A DNA stretch of 61,116 nt. Origin: Nitrosopumilaceae archaeon (GTDB taxonomy: Archaea; Thermoproteota; Nitrososphaeria; Nitrososphaerales; Nitrosopumilaceae). The DNA lies in the NCBI GenBank assembly GCA_052390375.1, contig JBQTHA010000002.1:1-61116 (forward strand), in the 5' to 3' direction. Each line of letters starts with the position of its first letter. Positions within the stretch are counted from its first letter, which is position 1. Made by a program: the position numbers and the translations under genes. The notes beneath the pieces were generated by a model. That model made no database searches, was not told the origin of the DNA, and saw only the letters and a list, made by a program, of their open reading frames with translations. This document shows, in pieces, positions 27,743 to 36,680 of this stretch.

Positions 27743-28252
27743 ATGTCGTCTAAAGATAAAACCTTGATTTCAGATATGATGGAAAGTTTTGTCAGTGAGG
27801 TTCCGGCAAAACCTTTTGTGTCATTTTGTGTAGTGTGTAACAAAGGGGTTATTATCGAAGAGATGATTTATGAAAAAGGCAGAGTTTTTCATAAAGACTG
27901 TTATGACAAATATGGTAAAAATTTTCCTGCGATAAATCAAGATCTTCTCAGTGAAAGCACAAATGCCAAAGTCGAATTAGTACAATTAAAAAATTTGAAA
28001 GTAAGAATGGCAGGGACAAATCCAAGTAGTTCTATATCAAAACCAAAAACCATGAAAAAATCAAAACGTAAAACCAAAAAGAAAAGACCCAAAAGACTAG
28101 TCGTAAAGAGAAAAAGAACTGTTACAAAGAGACGAATTACTAAGAAAAGATCATCCCGAAATAGACAAATAACTACTAAAAGGACAGCACGAAGGACAAC
28201 AAGTAGAACAAAGAGACGAGTTTCAAAAAGAAGACCATCACGGAGAAGATAA
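27743..28252 (+). CDS. Hypothetical protein: LIM-like C-x2-C-x17-H-x2-C zinc knuckle plus a 70-aa polybasic C-terminal tail
   Basis: CVVCNKGVIIEEMIYEKGRVFHKDC. Of the last 70 residues, 39 are K/R and none are D/E (counted by hand). Confidence 0.7.
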   Translation: MSSKDKTLISDMMESFVSEVPAKPFVSFCVVCNKGVIIEEMIYEKGRVFHKDCYDKYGKNFPAINQDLLSESTNAKVELVQLKNLKVRMAGTNPSSSISKPKTMKKSKRKTKKKRPKRLVVKRKRTVTKRRITKKRSSRNRQITTKRTARRTTSRTKRRVSKRRPSRRR

Positions 28253-28313
28253 GTACCATAGTTTCAGCACCACTTTAAAGAATTTATGACCGATTTTAAT
28301 CACAATAACAATA

Positions 28314-29900
28314 ATGCAAAAATCAGAGTCAATATTTTCAAGAGCATGTTCTGAAATCTCACAAAATCTTCTTACAGTCACAGCACCTAACAAAAGGGAG
28401 GTTAAAAGAGAAATCAAAAAAATTTGTGTAAAATACTCCCTTGAAAGAATTCCAAGAAATTATGAAATTTTATCTACAGTAAGTGGTTCTGATTATAATA
28501 AATTACAAAAAGTATTACTTAGAAAACCAGTAAAAACAGCATCAGGAGTTGCAGTAGTTGCACTTATGCCAAAGCCATTTGCATGCCCTCACGGACGATG
28601 TACATATTGTCCAGGAGGTGTGGATATTAACACGCCAAATAGCTACACTGGAAAAGAGCCATCAACCATCAATGCCATAGAGAATCAATATGACGCAAAA
28701 AAGCAAATCATAACAAAGCTAAAAAAATTGTTTGCCTATGGTCATGATCTATCAAAACTTGAATTGGTAATTGTTGGTGGAACATTTCTTTTCATGCCAA
28801 AAGATTATCAGGAAAATTTCATTAAATCTTGTTATGATGCACTAAATGGTTTTGATTCTTCCACACTAGAAGAAGCAAAGGCAAACAATGAACATGCAGA
28901 TATTAGAAATGTTGGATTTACTATTGAAACTAAACCTGACTATTGTAAACAAGAACATGTTGATTTGATGTTACAATACGGGGTCACTAGAGTTGAGATT
29001 GGGGTTCAAAGCTTACACGAACAAGTTTATAATATTGTAAACAGGGGACATAATTTTTCTGATGTTGTTGAATCATTTCAGATAGCAAAGGATGCAGGTT
29101 ACAAAATTGTGGCACACATGATGCCTGGTTTACCTACTATGACCCCAGAAGAAGATATTGCTGATTTTAAAATGCTCTTTGAAGACGAGCGCTTTAAACC
29201 AGATATGTTAAAGATTTATCCTTCTCTAGTTTTGGAAGGAACCCCACTATACCAAGATTACAAAGATGGGGTTTACAAACCATATTCAGATCAAGAAATG
29301 ATAAGGGTTTTAACTGAAATTAAAAAAGAGGTTCCTTCATGGGTTAGAATTATGAGAGTACAAAGAGAGATTTCATCAAGCGAGATAATTGCAGGCCCAA
29401 AACTTGGCAATTTGCGCCAAATTGTTCAGAAAAATCTGAAAGAGCAAAATCTTTTCTGTAGATGTATCAGATGTAGGGAGGCAGGATTATCAAAGAATGG
29501 TGATTTTTCTTCCCATTTGAGTTTAATTCGTGAAGACTATTTTTCTTCAGGGGGTATAGAAGTCTTTTTGTCGTATGTGGATCCTAATGATACAATCTAT
29601 GGCTTTTTGAGATTAAGACATCCAAGTAAAATGGCACATAGAAAGGAAATTTCTCAGGAAATTTGTATTGTAAGAGAGTTACATGTCTATGGCAAGTCAT
29701 TAAAAATTGGTGAGAAAAATAAAAGCGATATACAGCACTCTGGTTTGGGTAAAAATTTAATGAATGAAGCTGAAAAAATCGCAAAAGAGGAATTTGATTC
29801 AAAAAAATTACTGGTAATTAGTGGTGTAGGTACCAGAGAGTACTATCAAAAATTAGGATATTCCCTTTTAGGTCCATACATGGCAAAAGAGTTAGCCTAG
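28314..29900 (+). CDS. elp3: Elp3-family tRNA uridine(34) modification enzyme (radical SAM plus GNAT)
   Basis: CPHGRCTYCPGG cluster, radical SAM core and C-terminal GNAT (..HSGLGKNLMNEAEKIAK..); 528 aa. Confidence 0.92.
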   Translation: MQKSESIFSRACSEISQNLLTVTAPNKREVKREIKKICVKYSLERIPRNYEILSTVSGSDYNKLQKVLLRKPVKTASGVAVVALMPKPFACPHGRCTYCPGGVDINTPNSYTGKEPSTINAIENQYDAKKQIITKLKKLFAYGHDLSKLELVIVGGTFLFMPKDYQENFIKSCYDALNGFDSSTLEEAKANNEHADIRNVGFTIETKPDYCKQEHVDLMLQYGVTRVEIGVQSLHEQVYNIVNRGHNFSDVVESFQIAKDAGYKIVAHMMPGLPTMTPEEDIADFKMLFEDERFKPDMLKIYPSLVLEGTPLYQDYKDGVYKPYSDQEMIRVLTEIKKEVPSWVRIMRVQREISSSEIIAGPKLGNLRQIVQKNLKEQNLFCRCIRCREAGLSKNGDFSSHLSLIREDYFSSGGIEVFLSYVDPNDTIYGFLRLRHPSKMAHRKEISQEICIVRELHVYGKSLKIGEKNKSDIQHSGLGKNLMNEAEKIAKEEFDSKKLLVISGVGTREYYQKLGYSLLGPYMAKELA

Positions 29901-29909
29901 TGACGAAAA

Positions 29910-31496
29910 ATGTCTGAACAAAGTATTATTGGCAAAGGAACTTGGATTGACAAGCTAGCTCACGAGTTGCTTGAAAGAGAAAAAACTCTTGGACGAAATA
30001 TGGATCTATTAAGAGTCGAGAGTGGACTAGGGGCGTCAGGGGTTCCACATATTGGAAGCTTAGGTGATGCGGTTAGGGCATATGGAGTAAAACTTGCACT
30101 AGAAAATTTTGGCTACAAATCGGAGCTAATTGCATATTCGGATGATTTAGATGGTCTTCGAAAAATCCCAGAGGGATTTCCTGATTCGCTAAAAGAGCAT
30201 TTAGGAAAAAGTGTTTCAGCTATTCCCGATCCCTTTGATTGTCATGATTCGTATGGGATGCATATGAGCAGCCTTTTGCTTGAGGGCCTTGATAAACTTG
30301 GAATAAAATATGATTTTAGACGTGCAAAAGACACCTATGAGAATGGATTACTCAAAGAACAGATTCACACAATTCTAGAAAACAGCAAGAAAATTGGTGA
30401 AAAAATATCAGAACTCACTGGCCAAGAAAAATACCAACAACATCTTCCATATTTTCCAGTATGTACAAATTGCGACAAGATTTACACAACAGAATCATTT
30501 GAGTACATTTCTGATGAAAAGAAAATAAAATATCGCTGCAAAGACGCAACAATTGGGTCTCAGAATATCAAGGGGTGTGGGCATGAGGCAGAGGCTGACA
30601 TTACAAAGGATCTTGGCAAGCTTGCTTGGAAGGTAGAGTTTGCAGCAAGATGGCATGCATTTGATATTCGTTTTGAGGCATACGGTAAGGACATTATGGA
30701 TTCAGTTAAGGTAAATGACTGGGTTGCAGATGAAATTCTAAAATTTCCTCCTCCGCATCATGTAAAGTATGAAATGTTTTTAGACAAGGGTGGTAAAAAA
30801 ATTTCAAAATCATTAGGAAACGTAGTCACATCGCAGACATGGTTAAAATATGGAAGTCCAAAAAGCATTCTTCTCTTACTCTACAAAAGAATTTCTGGGG
30901 CACGGGAGTTAGGATTTGAAGACATACCATCTCTTATGGATGAATATAACGAGCTTGAAAATATTTTCTTTGGGAAAATCAAGATTGATAATCCTGCAAA
31001 AGAAACAAAGATGAAAGGACTTTATGAATACGTAAACCTGTTAAATACCCCAAAGACTTTGACTCCCTACGTCAGCTATAGGTTACTAATTGAGCTATGC
31101 AGAATATTTAAAGAAAAAAGAACAGATCTTGTGATGAAAAAGCTCATCGACTATGGCGTTCTGAAAAATTCTGAACCTCAAATTGAAGATTTGATAACTA
31201 TGGCTGGTAATTATGCAGATGATTTTGATCTGCAAGAAAAAGTCAATGTTCAAATGGATGATGCAACTAAAAAGGCCTTAGCGGAGCTTGCAGATCTGCT
31301 AGGAGCAGATGATGAACCAGATGATCTACAAAATACGATTTATCAAATTGCAAAGAAAAATAATGTTCAACCAAAAGACTTTTTCAAAATACTTTACCAA
31401 ATCATCCTTTCAACAAATAGAGGTCCAAAAATTGGACCTTTTATTTTAGATATTGGTAGAAAAAAAGTATCTCAGACATTAGCCAGTTATCTATAA
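29910..31496 (+). CDS. lysK: Lysyl-tRNA synthetase, class I
   Basis: HIGS (HIGH-like) and KISKS (KMSKS-like) motifs; 528 aa; archaeal class I LysRS architecture. Confidence 0.92.
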   Translation: MSEQSIIGKGTWIDKLAHELLEREKTLGRNMDLLRVESGLGASGVPHIGSLGDAVRAYGVKLALENFGYKSELIAYSDDLDGLRKIPEGFPDSLKEHLGKSVSAIPDPFDCHDSYGMHMSSLLLEGLDKLGIKYDFRRAKDTYENGLLKEQIHTILENSKKIGEKISELTGQEKYQQHLPYFPVCTNCDKIYTTESFEYISDEKKIKYRCKDATIGSQNIKGCGHEAEADITKDLGKLAWKVEFAARWHAFDIRFEAYGKDIMDSVKVNDWVADEILKFPPPHHVKYEMFLDKGGKKISKSLGNVVTSQTWLKYGSPKSILLLLYKRISGARELGFEDIPSLMDEYNELENIFFGKIKIDNPAKETKMKGLYEYVNLLNTPKTLTPYVSYRLLIELCRIFKEKRTDLVMKKLIDYGVLKNSEPQIEDLITMAGNYADDFDLQEKVNVQMDDATKKALAELADLLGADDEPDDLQNTIYQIAKKNNVQPKDFFKILYQIILSTNRGPKIGPFILDIGRKKVSQTLASYL

Positions 31497-31512
31497 TGGA
31501 ATGATTTAGTTT

Positions 31513-31710
31513 TTGGTTCATGCTGAACATAACAGACCCAAAAAAGGAGGAGGTTTTTTTCTGGTAATCTTTGGAACGTTGTTGTTAATTATAGCACCAA
31601 CAATTTATCCAGTAGATTCAAACCTTGGGATCCTGGCGTTTGTGGCAGGCTTTATCATTGGGGGACTAGGATTTTACTTACGGTTTATAAAAAAACACAG
31701 TCTAAGTTGA
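31513..31710 (+). CDS. Small 2-TM membrane protein, hypothetical
   Basis: FFLVIFGTLLLIIAPTIY and ILAFVAGFIIGGLGFYL helices; TTG start is uncertain. Confidence 0.45.
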   Translation: MVHAEHNRPKKGGGFFLVIFGTLLLIIAPTIYPVDSNLGILAFVAGFIIGGLGFYLRFIKKHSLS

Positions 31711-31746
31711 ACGAAATGTTCATCTTACCGAAATCAAAATGCTCAA

Positions 31747-32481
31747 GTGATTAGTTTGGGGCTCTTTAGTCGTTTTAAAAAAGAGGAAGAAGAAATAATC
31801 TCCGAAGCACCACAGATCAAAAAACCAGAAGAGATTGAAAAAGAACAGATTGAAACTGAACTTGAGCATCTAAAAAAAGAAGTTAAAGATAAAACAGAAT
31901 CTTTTGACTCTATTTTAAAAAAATTAACAACTGTCAAAGAAGAATATGATTCAGTCATAGCAAAAGTAATGTCAGCTAAGCGGGAAGTTAAAGAGAAAAC
32001 AACTGAGGTAGATTCAGTGAAAACAGAATACGAAGAAATATCATCCAAGATATCCTCTGCCAATACACAATTAGAGATAATAAAAAAACAGCATGATGTT
32101 ATTAAATTAGATTTTGAGAAATTTGAAAAGACCAAATCAGAACTTGATTCATTCAAAGATGAAATGGACAAATGTAAAACAGAATTTGCTGAAATTCAAT
32201 CTAAAATTGAAGAAGGTAAATCAAAGCTAGGGGACGTTGCAAAACTCCAGATTGAATATGAGGAGATTAAAGAAAAAGTAGAATCGGCAAAAAAGGAGTT
32301 AAAATTTACTGAATCCCAAATTTATACTGCAGGCAATAGAGATTCTCCAAAAAGCATAATCGAGGCGGCAAGTTCTATGATGGCCTCAATAAAATCAGAA
32401 TTGCGAAGAACTCAACAAGAGCTTGAGGCTGTAAAGAAAGCGTTAGAACAAGAACGCAAGGTTCATGGGGAATCATATTAG
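31747..32481 (+). CDS. E/K-rich coiled-coil protein, hypothetical
   Basis: 244 aa with continuous heptad-like E/K/I/L composition. The antisense S-rich ORF at 31743..32171 is judged spurious. Confidence 0.65.
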   Translation: MISLGLFSRFKKEEEEIISEAPQIKKPEEIEKEQIETELEHLKKEVKDKTESFDSILKKLTTVKEEYDSVIAKVMSAKREVKEKTTEVDSVKTEYEEISSKISSANTQLEIIKKQHDVIKLDFEKFEKTKSELDSFKDEMDKCKTEFAEIQSKIEEGKSKLGDVAKLQIEYEEIKEKVESAKKELKFTESQIYTAGNRDSPKSIIEAASSMMASIKSELRRTQQELEAVKKALEQERKVHGESY

Positions 32482-32494
32482 AGGAGAATAAAGG

Positions 32495-32551
32495 GGCATC
32501 CTCACGCCCAAAAAGTGGGAATGTCACCCAGCATCTCAGTGTGAGGATACC
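32495..32551. other. G+C-rich hairpin in a convergent intergenic region (candidate small structured RNA or bidirectional terminator)
   Basis: GGCATCCTCAC ... GTGAGGATACC forms an 11-bp stem with 1 mismatch. It encloses CCCA-aaaag-TGGG-aatgtca-CCCA, which can form two mutually exclusive inner hairpins. Confidence 0.25.
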
Positions 32552-32657
32552 TAAGGTATATCAGAAATTGGAAAAGTTATCTCTGTGTTTGTAATTTTCT
32601 GCTTACAACCTACGGTTGAGTCTAATAAGTTAGAATTTCATTATATCAAAAGTTGAT

Positions 32658-33224
32658 TCATTGTATTTTTTTGATAAGTTCGTTTTTGATGTACAAAAAT
32701 TCCTGTTCGGATATCATTCCTTTTTCTTTAAGAGCAGATAGTTTAATTATTTCATCAATAATTGATGTTTGATTAGATGCTGCATTACTTGGGCCAGGAG
32801 CTGTCCTGGTTGGTTGAATAGATTCATTGCTATTTCCATCACTAGAAACAGATTCTATTGGAAGATTGCTATCAAGATCTATTACCTCATCAAGAAAAAC
32901 CTTCTCAGAACAACCAACAAGTTGGGTGTGTTGAATTAATTCTTCACCTGCGTATTCAATTGGAACGCCTTTTTTTGTATTAAAGCCACACATCTCACAG
33001 GCAATTATGAATTTTCCTTTGGAAACATTTGGGTGAGCTCCAAGACTTTTTCGAATATATTCAGAATATCTTGTTTTAATGCACTGATGGCCATTTGGAG
33101 ATTTGTGTTCATCACAAAATTTGAATCCACAATATGTACACATTGATGGTGATTTCAAACCTTCACCGCAAAAAAGACAAACATTTGCAAGTGATTTTTG
33201 GGATTGGGTCATTATTCTAGGCAT
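32658..33224 (-). CDS. AN1-type zinc finger protein with a C-terminal SHOCT domain
   Basis: Exact AN1 spacing C-x2-C-x9-C-x2-C-x4-C-x2-H-x5-H-x-C in CLFCGEGLKSPSMCTYCGFKFCDEHKSPNGHQC. The C-terminus LSALKEKGMISEQEFLYIKNELI is SHOCT-like. Confidence 0.75.
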   Translation of the reverse strand: MPRIMTQSQKSLANVCLFCGEGLKSPSMCTYCGFKFCDEHKSPNGHQCIKTRYSEYIRKSLGAHPNVSKGKFIIACEMCGFNTKKGVPIEYAGEELIQHTQLVGCSEKVFLDEVIDLDSNLPIESVSSDGNSNESIQPTRTAPGPSNAASNQTSIIDEIIKLSALKEKGMISEQEFLYIKNELIKKIQ

Positions 33225-33497
33225 AAATCAACTTTTTTTATTAAAAAGTAATAGCTTTCCATTTTGAATAAACAGCGATTATTACACAAATTCTACCGCA
33301 TTAGTTCAGCCACATATCCGTAAAAAAGGAAAAATCCAATTCCTCCACCTAAGATCCCAATCCAAATGGCTATGTTTTTCTTATTTATCACGATTGTGAA
33401 AAAAGTCGAGGATAATTTAATGTACGCAATTGAAGCTAAAATTTTTCTTCAAGAATTGAGAGCGTAAACTTAACTCAAAGTTAGTTGAATCGGTGTT

Positions 33498-33659
33498 ATG
33501 CCCTTGATGAAAAAAATTGTAAATCTGTTTGCATTTATTGCTGGAGGAATTATAGCTATCACAGTTGGTTTTTTTATGCTAAGAGGAACTATGCGAATGT
33601 GGGATAGAAATAAAGAGAAAAGTAAGAATTTAGATGATGATAGCTCTGAAAAATCTTAA
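33498..33659 (+). CDS. Small (53 aa) single-TM protein, hypothetical
   Basis: Hand translation gives MPLMKKIVNLFAFIAGGIIAITVGFFMLRGTMRMWDRNKEKSKNLDDDSSEKS; below the ORF-track cutoff. Confidence 0.35.
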   Translation: MPLMKKIVNLFAFIAGGIIAITVGFFMLRGTMRMWDRNKEKSKNLDDDSSEKS

Positions 33660-33749
33660 AATGGAAAATTTGAGATTTGGGTTAAATTCAGGTCACAAAC
33701 TTGACAGCACTTGCTGCATCCTAAAATATAAGTGTGTAACATTTACGAT

Positions 33750-33923
33750 ATGGTTGGACCTGAAGATGGTGGTTTTGGTTTTGATCAATCAAAAAAATAT
33801 TCTACAGTTGAAAATTTGGAAAAGATTTGTGTTCAGTGTCAGGCAGGTCAGCATAAAAGATGTCTTGCAAAAACCAAGCAACAACCAAGCTGCGATTGCG
33901 AATACTGTATAATTTATGGATAA
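33750..33923 (+). CDS. Small Cys-rich protein, hypothetical
   Basis: CVQCQAGQHKRC...CDCEYC. The ATG at 33750 is preferred over the GTG at 33732. Confidence 0.4.
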   Translation: MVGPEDGGFGFDQSKKYSTVENLEKICVQCQAGQHKRCLAKTKQQPSCDCEYCIIYG

Positions 33924-33946
33924 ATCTTCATTAGTTCTAGTAGAGT

Positions 33947-34183
33947 TTATTCGTTAATTGTTTTATGAGTTCCATCACACATTGGTCTATTTTTTGATTG
34001 TTGACAACCACATGCATGAACAGATGTGTCTTTATCATAAGTTATCACATTAGGAGAAATTCCAGTTCCTTTATGGGAACCATCGCAGTATGGACCATTT
34101 TTTGAATTACCACACATGCAAAAAGCTATTGTTTCACCTGCTTTGACTTGAATTTTAAATGGTGTGTTTTGCCAACCGGTCAT
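33947..34183 (-). CDS. Tandem CDGSH-type [2Fe-2S] domain protein
   Basis: Two complete CDGSH signatures: CMCGNSKNGPYCDGSH and CGCQQSKNRPMCDGTH. Confidence 0.9.
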   Translation of the reverse strand: MTGWQNTPFKIQVKAGETIAFCMCGNSKNGPYCDGSHKGTGISPNVITYDKDTSVHACGCQQSKNRPMCDGTHKTINE

Positions 34184-34521
34184 TATACATGTCCCTTTTG
34201 GCCTGTAGATATATCATATGATTCGTCAACAGAAGATACGAAGATCTTCCCATCACCTTTGGCACCAGTATGTACAGTAATCATTATTGCTCTAACAATC
34301 TTTTCGACTTTTGAATCATCAACAACACATGTGATTGTATCAGTTCTATTGTATTCTGCTACATATCTTGCAGTTCCTTTAGCACCTGTCACTGTTGGTC
34401 GTGGACTAGAACCTTTACCTCGAGTTTCAGATATTGTAACTCCACCTGCCCCTGCTTTTATAATAGCACTAACTACTTTACTTCGCTTTAAAGTAGGAAT
34501 CATTGCATCTATTCGTTTCAT
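34183..34521 (-). CDS. glnB: PII-family nitrogen regulatory protein with an atypical long T-loop
   Basis: MKRIDAMI.. N-terminus and B-loop TGAKGDGKIFV; 112 aa. Its stop overlaps the CDGSH gene start (TAATG). Confidence 0.9.
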   Translation of the reverse strand: MKRIDAMIPTLKRSKVVSAIIKAGAGGVTISETRGKGSSPRPTVTGAKGTARYVAEYNRTDTITCVVDDSKVEKIVRAIMITVHTGAKGDGKIFVSSVDESYDISTGQKGHV

Positions 34522-34566
34522 GGATTTTTTTAGTTCAGCGGATTAAAAACTGTTCTGTAGTATTTT

Positions 34567-35442
34567 TTATTTTTGGCATCTTATAAGAATATAATCTATG
34601 ATTTTCTTTTGAGAGACTTCTTTCATTTTGTTAAGAGATTTAAAGAGGATCTTTTCAACGTATGAGGGGTACTGCCTAGATATTCTAGGTTTAATGGATT
34701 CTCTATTTTCAATGTAATATCTAGCTAAAGGCTCATAAACATTTGAACCAATTTTTTGTAAATCAATATCACTGAACCCTTCTTGTTTAAGGAGAGATGT
34801 TATAAAATCAATGCTATAATGTTCGGAAGACCAAGTCATTGAAAGCAGACCCAATTTCATCATGGGTGTGGTGTGTTTCTCAATCATTACTGGGATGGCC
34901 AAAGCTAGCAATCCGTTTTTTTTTAGTATTCTATAAGATTCTGAGATAAAACTTCGCAGTGGTTTAAAATGTTGGGCAGATTCTAGAGCCACTACTCGAT
35001 CAATTGATTCGCTTTCAAAAGGCAACATGGTAGCTGTAGAATTTAGAAAGTTGAAATTTTTAGCGTCATTATTTTTAATATCAATTGATTTTGTGATATT
35101 TTTTATTGAGTTTTGTAATTGCTTAAAGTTAATGTTGACACAGGTGAGTTCAGCTGGATGATAATCAGAATACCACTGAATTGCAGGAGAACTCATACCA
35201 CTTCCTACATCTATAATGCGTTGATTAGAAGCTAATCGAGCCATTTTCCCAAAAATTGCACACATGTTGTTCTGAGCTTCGAGAGGGGTACTAGTGGCAT
35301 TATCCCAAAAGCCAAAATTTAACATGTTCCCTCTAGTTGTAATCTTCATTAAATCAGAAAGAACATCATATAGATTTACTACATCTTTTTCATTTCGACG
35401 AAAAGTCCATAAAAAAACTTCAAGTGGGTTAATTTTTTTCAT
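34567..35442 (-). CDS. Class I SAM-dependent methyltransferase
   Basis: Motif I IIDVGSGMSSPA and post-I/II motifs (..IDRVVALESAQHF.., ..LKKNGLLAL..). Confidence 0.8.
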   Translation of the reverse strand: MKKINPLEVFLWTFRRNEKDVVNLYDVLSDLMKITTRGNMLNFGFWDNATSTPLEAQNNMCAIFGKMARLASNQRIIDVGSGMSSPAIQWYSDYHPAELTCVNINFKQLQNSIKNITKSIDIKNNDAKNFNFLNSTATMLPFESESIDRVVALESAQHFKPLRSFISESYRILKKNGLLALAIPVMIEKHTTPMMKLGLLSMTWSSEHYSIDFITSLLKQEGFSDIDLQKIGSNVYEPLARYYIENRESIKPRISRQYPSYVEKILFKSLNKMKEVSQKKIIDYILIRCQK

Positions 35443-35558
35443 ATTCTAAATCAGGATCTAAATTTTTTTCATACCATGGCATCTTCTCAATGTCATTTTC
35501 CTCGTAGTAAGAATCCCAGCAGAAAATTCTTTTTTGCAATCCACAGTCATACTAATCG

Positions 35559-36116
35559 CTAAGAAATATCTTTAGAGATTTTTTTGTAAAATTCTTCTGC
35601 AACCTGTTCATATTCTTTTCTTGTTTTTCCTATTTCTTCTAGTTTAATTTTCTCAATTTGATTTAGCTCATCATCTACTTGTTGAGAAACATGCTGTAAT
35701 CTCGCTTCTGCCATCATAAACAAGCGGTTATTTTCTTTCCAGAGATGTTGTGTTACATGTTCAACATATTCTTTCAAATCAGAGATTAGCTCAGTTGCAT
35801 CACCTTTTTCAAAGTAATCTTGGGAGGATTTTTCCATTTTATTTCCTATTTTTCGAGTAATTTCGTGCTCCATTAACATCATAGCAATTGGTCCCATGTG
35901 TGTTGGCATGCCGGATTTTTCTAGTGTAGGAAATAATGATTTTTCCTCCTTGCTATGATGACAAACGTCAGTAAAATTTTTAGAAAAATCTATTACTGGA
36001 AGTAAAATTGGTTCAGGAATTTTTTTACCTGATTCTAAAAGTTGAATTGTAGTTTCCATAGACTTTATGACTTTCTCAATTAAATCATGATCACGTCTAA
36101 GTGATATTGTTGACAT
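35559..36116 (-). CDS. Hemerythrin-like (HHE cation-binding) domain protein
   Basis: H..., CHHSKEE, MLMEHE and HLWKEN motifs, spaced as in hemerythrin-like metal-binding four-helix bundles. Confidence 0.8.
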   Translation of the reverse strand: MSTISLRRDHDLIEKVIKSMETTIQLLESGKKIPEPILLPVIDFSKNFTDVCHHSKEEKSLFPTLEKSGMPTHMGPIAMMLMEHEITRKIGNKMEKSSQDYFEKGDATELISDLKEYVEHVTQHLWKENNRLFMMAEARLQHVSQQVDDELNQIEKIKLEEIGKTRKEYEQVAEEFYKKISKDIS

Positions 36117-36170
36117 AATTTGATTTTTTATTTGAACGTCTATATTTCTATTTGTCTCAGAAATTATAGC

Positions 36171-36551
36171 CTAAGGTCGCTCTATGATTTGTTTCATAGA
36201 TTCCATAATTTTTTCTATTTCTATCATGCGTTCATCAAAGGATTGGTCACTAATTCCATCAGGTTTGATGATAGTAGTAATAACTGATGAATCATTTCCG
36301 TTAGAAATTACCCTCATTGGTACATTCCACTTGGCTTCATTATCAACAAATTGATAATCTAATATGCCAAGTTGTCTGTTTTCATTAAATTTTAGTTTAG
36401 CTGGACCATGAATGGTAGTAAATGACCACCATCCATCATTACTTTTTATTGCATCTGGCATCATTTTTGGCGGGATGTTTAAAATTGCATCAAATGTCTC
36501 GGCAGTTTTACGATTTACAGAGAACGTAATTGTACGGGAATGTATATCCAT
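36171..36551 (-). CDS. Hypothetical protein (possibly SRPBCC/AHSA1-like fold)
   Basis: 126 aa with a clean ORF and coding-like composition; the fold assignment is a weak impression only. Confidence 0.4.
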   Translation of the reverse strand: MDIHSRTITFSVNRKTAETFDAILNIPPKMMPDAIKSNDGWWSFTTIHGPAKLKFNENRQLGILDYQFVDNEAKWNVPMRVISNGNDSSVITTIIKPDGISDQSFDERMIEIEKIMESMKQIIERP

Positions 36552-36680
36552 GGTTTGGTATCTAATTAATTATTAAAAAGCATATGGTAGAAATTATAAG
36601 TTATTTCCTTTGTGCATAAATTGTCTAGGAACGATAAGCTGATTTTTTGGTTATTAAAAAATAAAAAAAGAGTGCGGGGT

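Noticed and set aside
31743-32171. 142-aa S-rich minus-strand ORF
   Set aside because: It is the mirror frame of the E/K-rich coiled-coil gene (GAA/AAA repeats read as TTC/TTT/Ser codons). The coiled-coil frame is longer and more protein-like.
34148-34546. 132-aa plus-strand ORF antisense to the PII gene
   Set aside because: The PII reading frame has clear family motifs, whereas the antisense product has no recognisable features.
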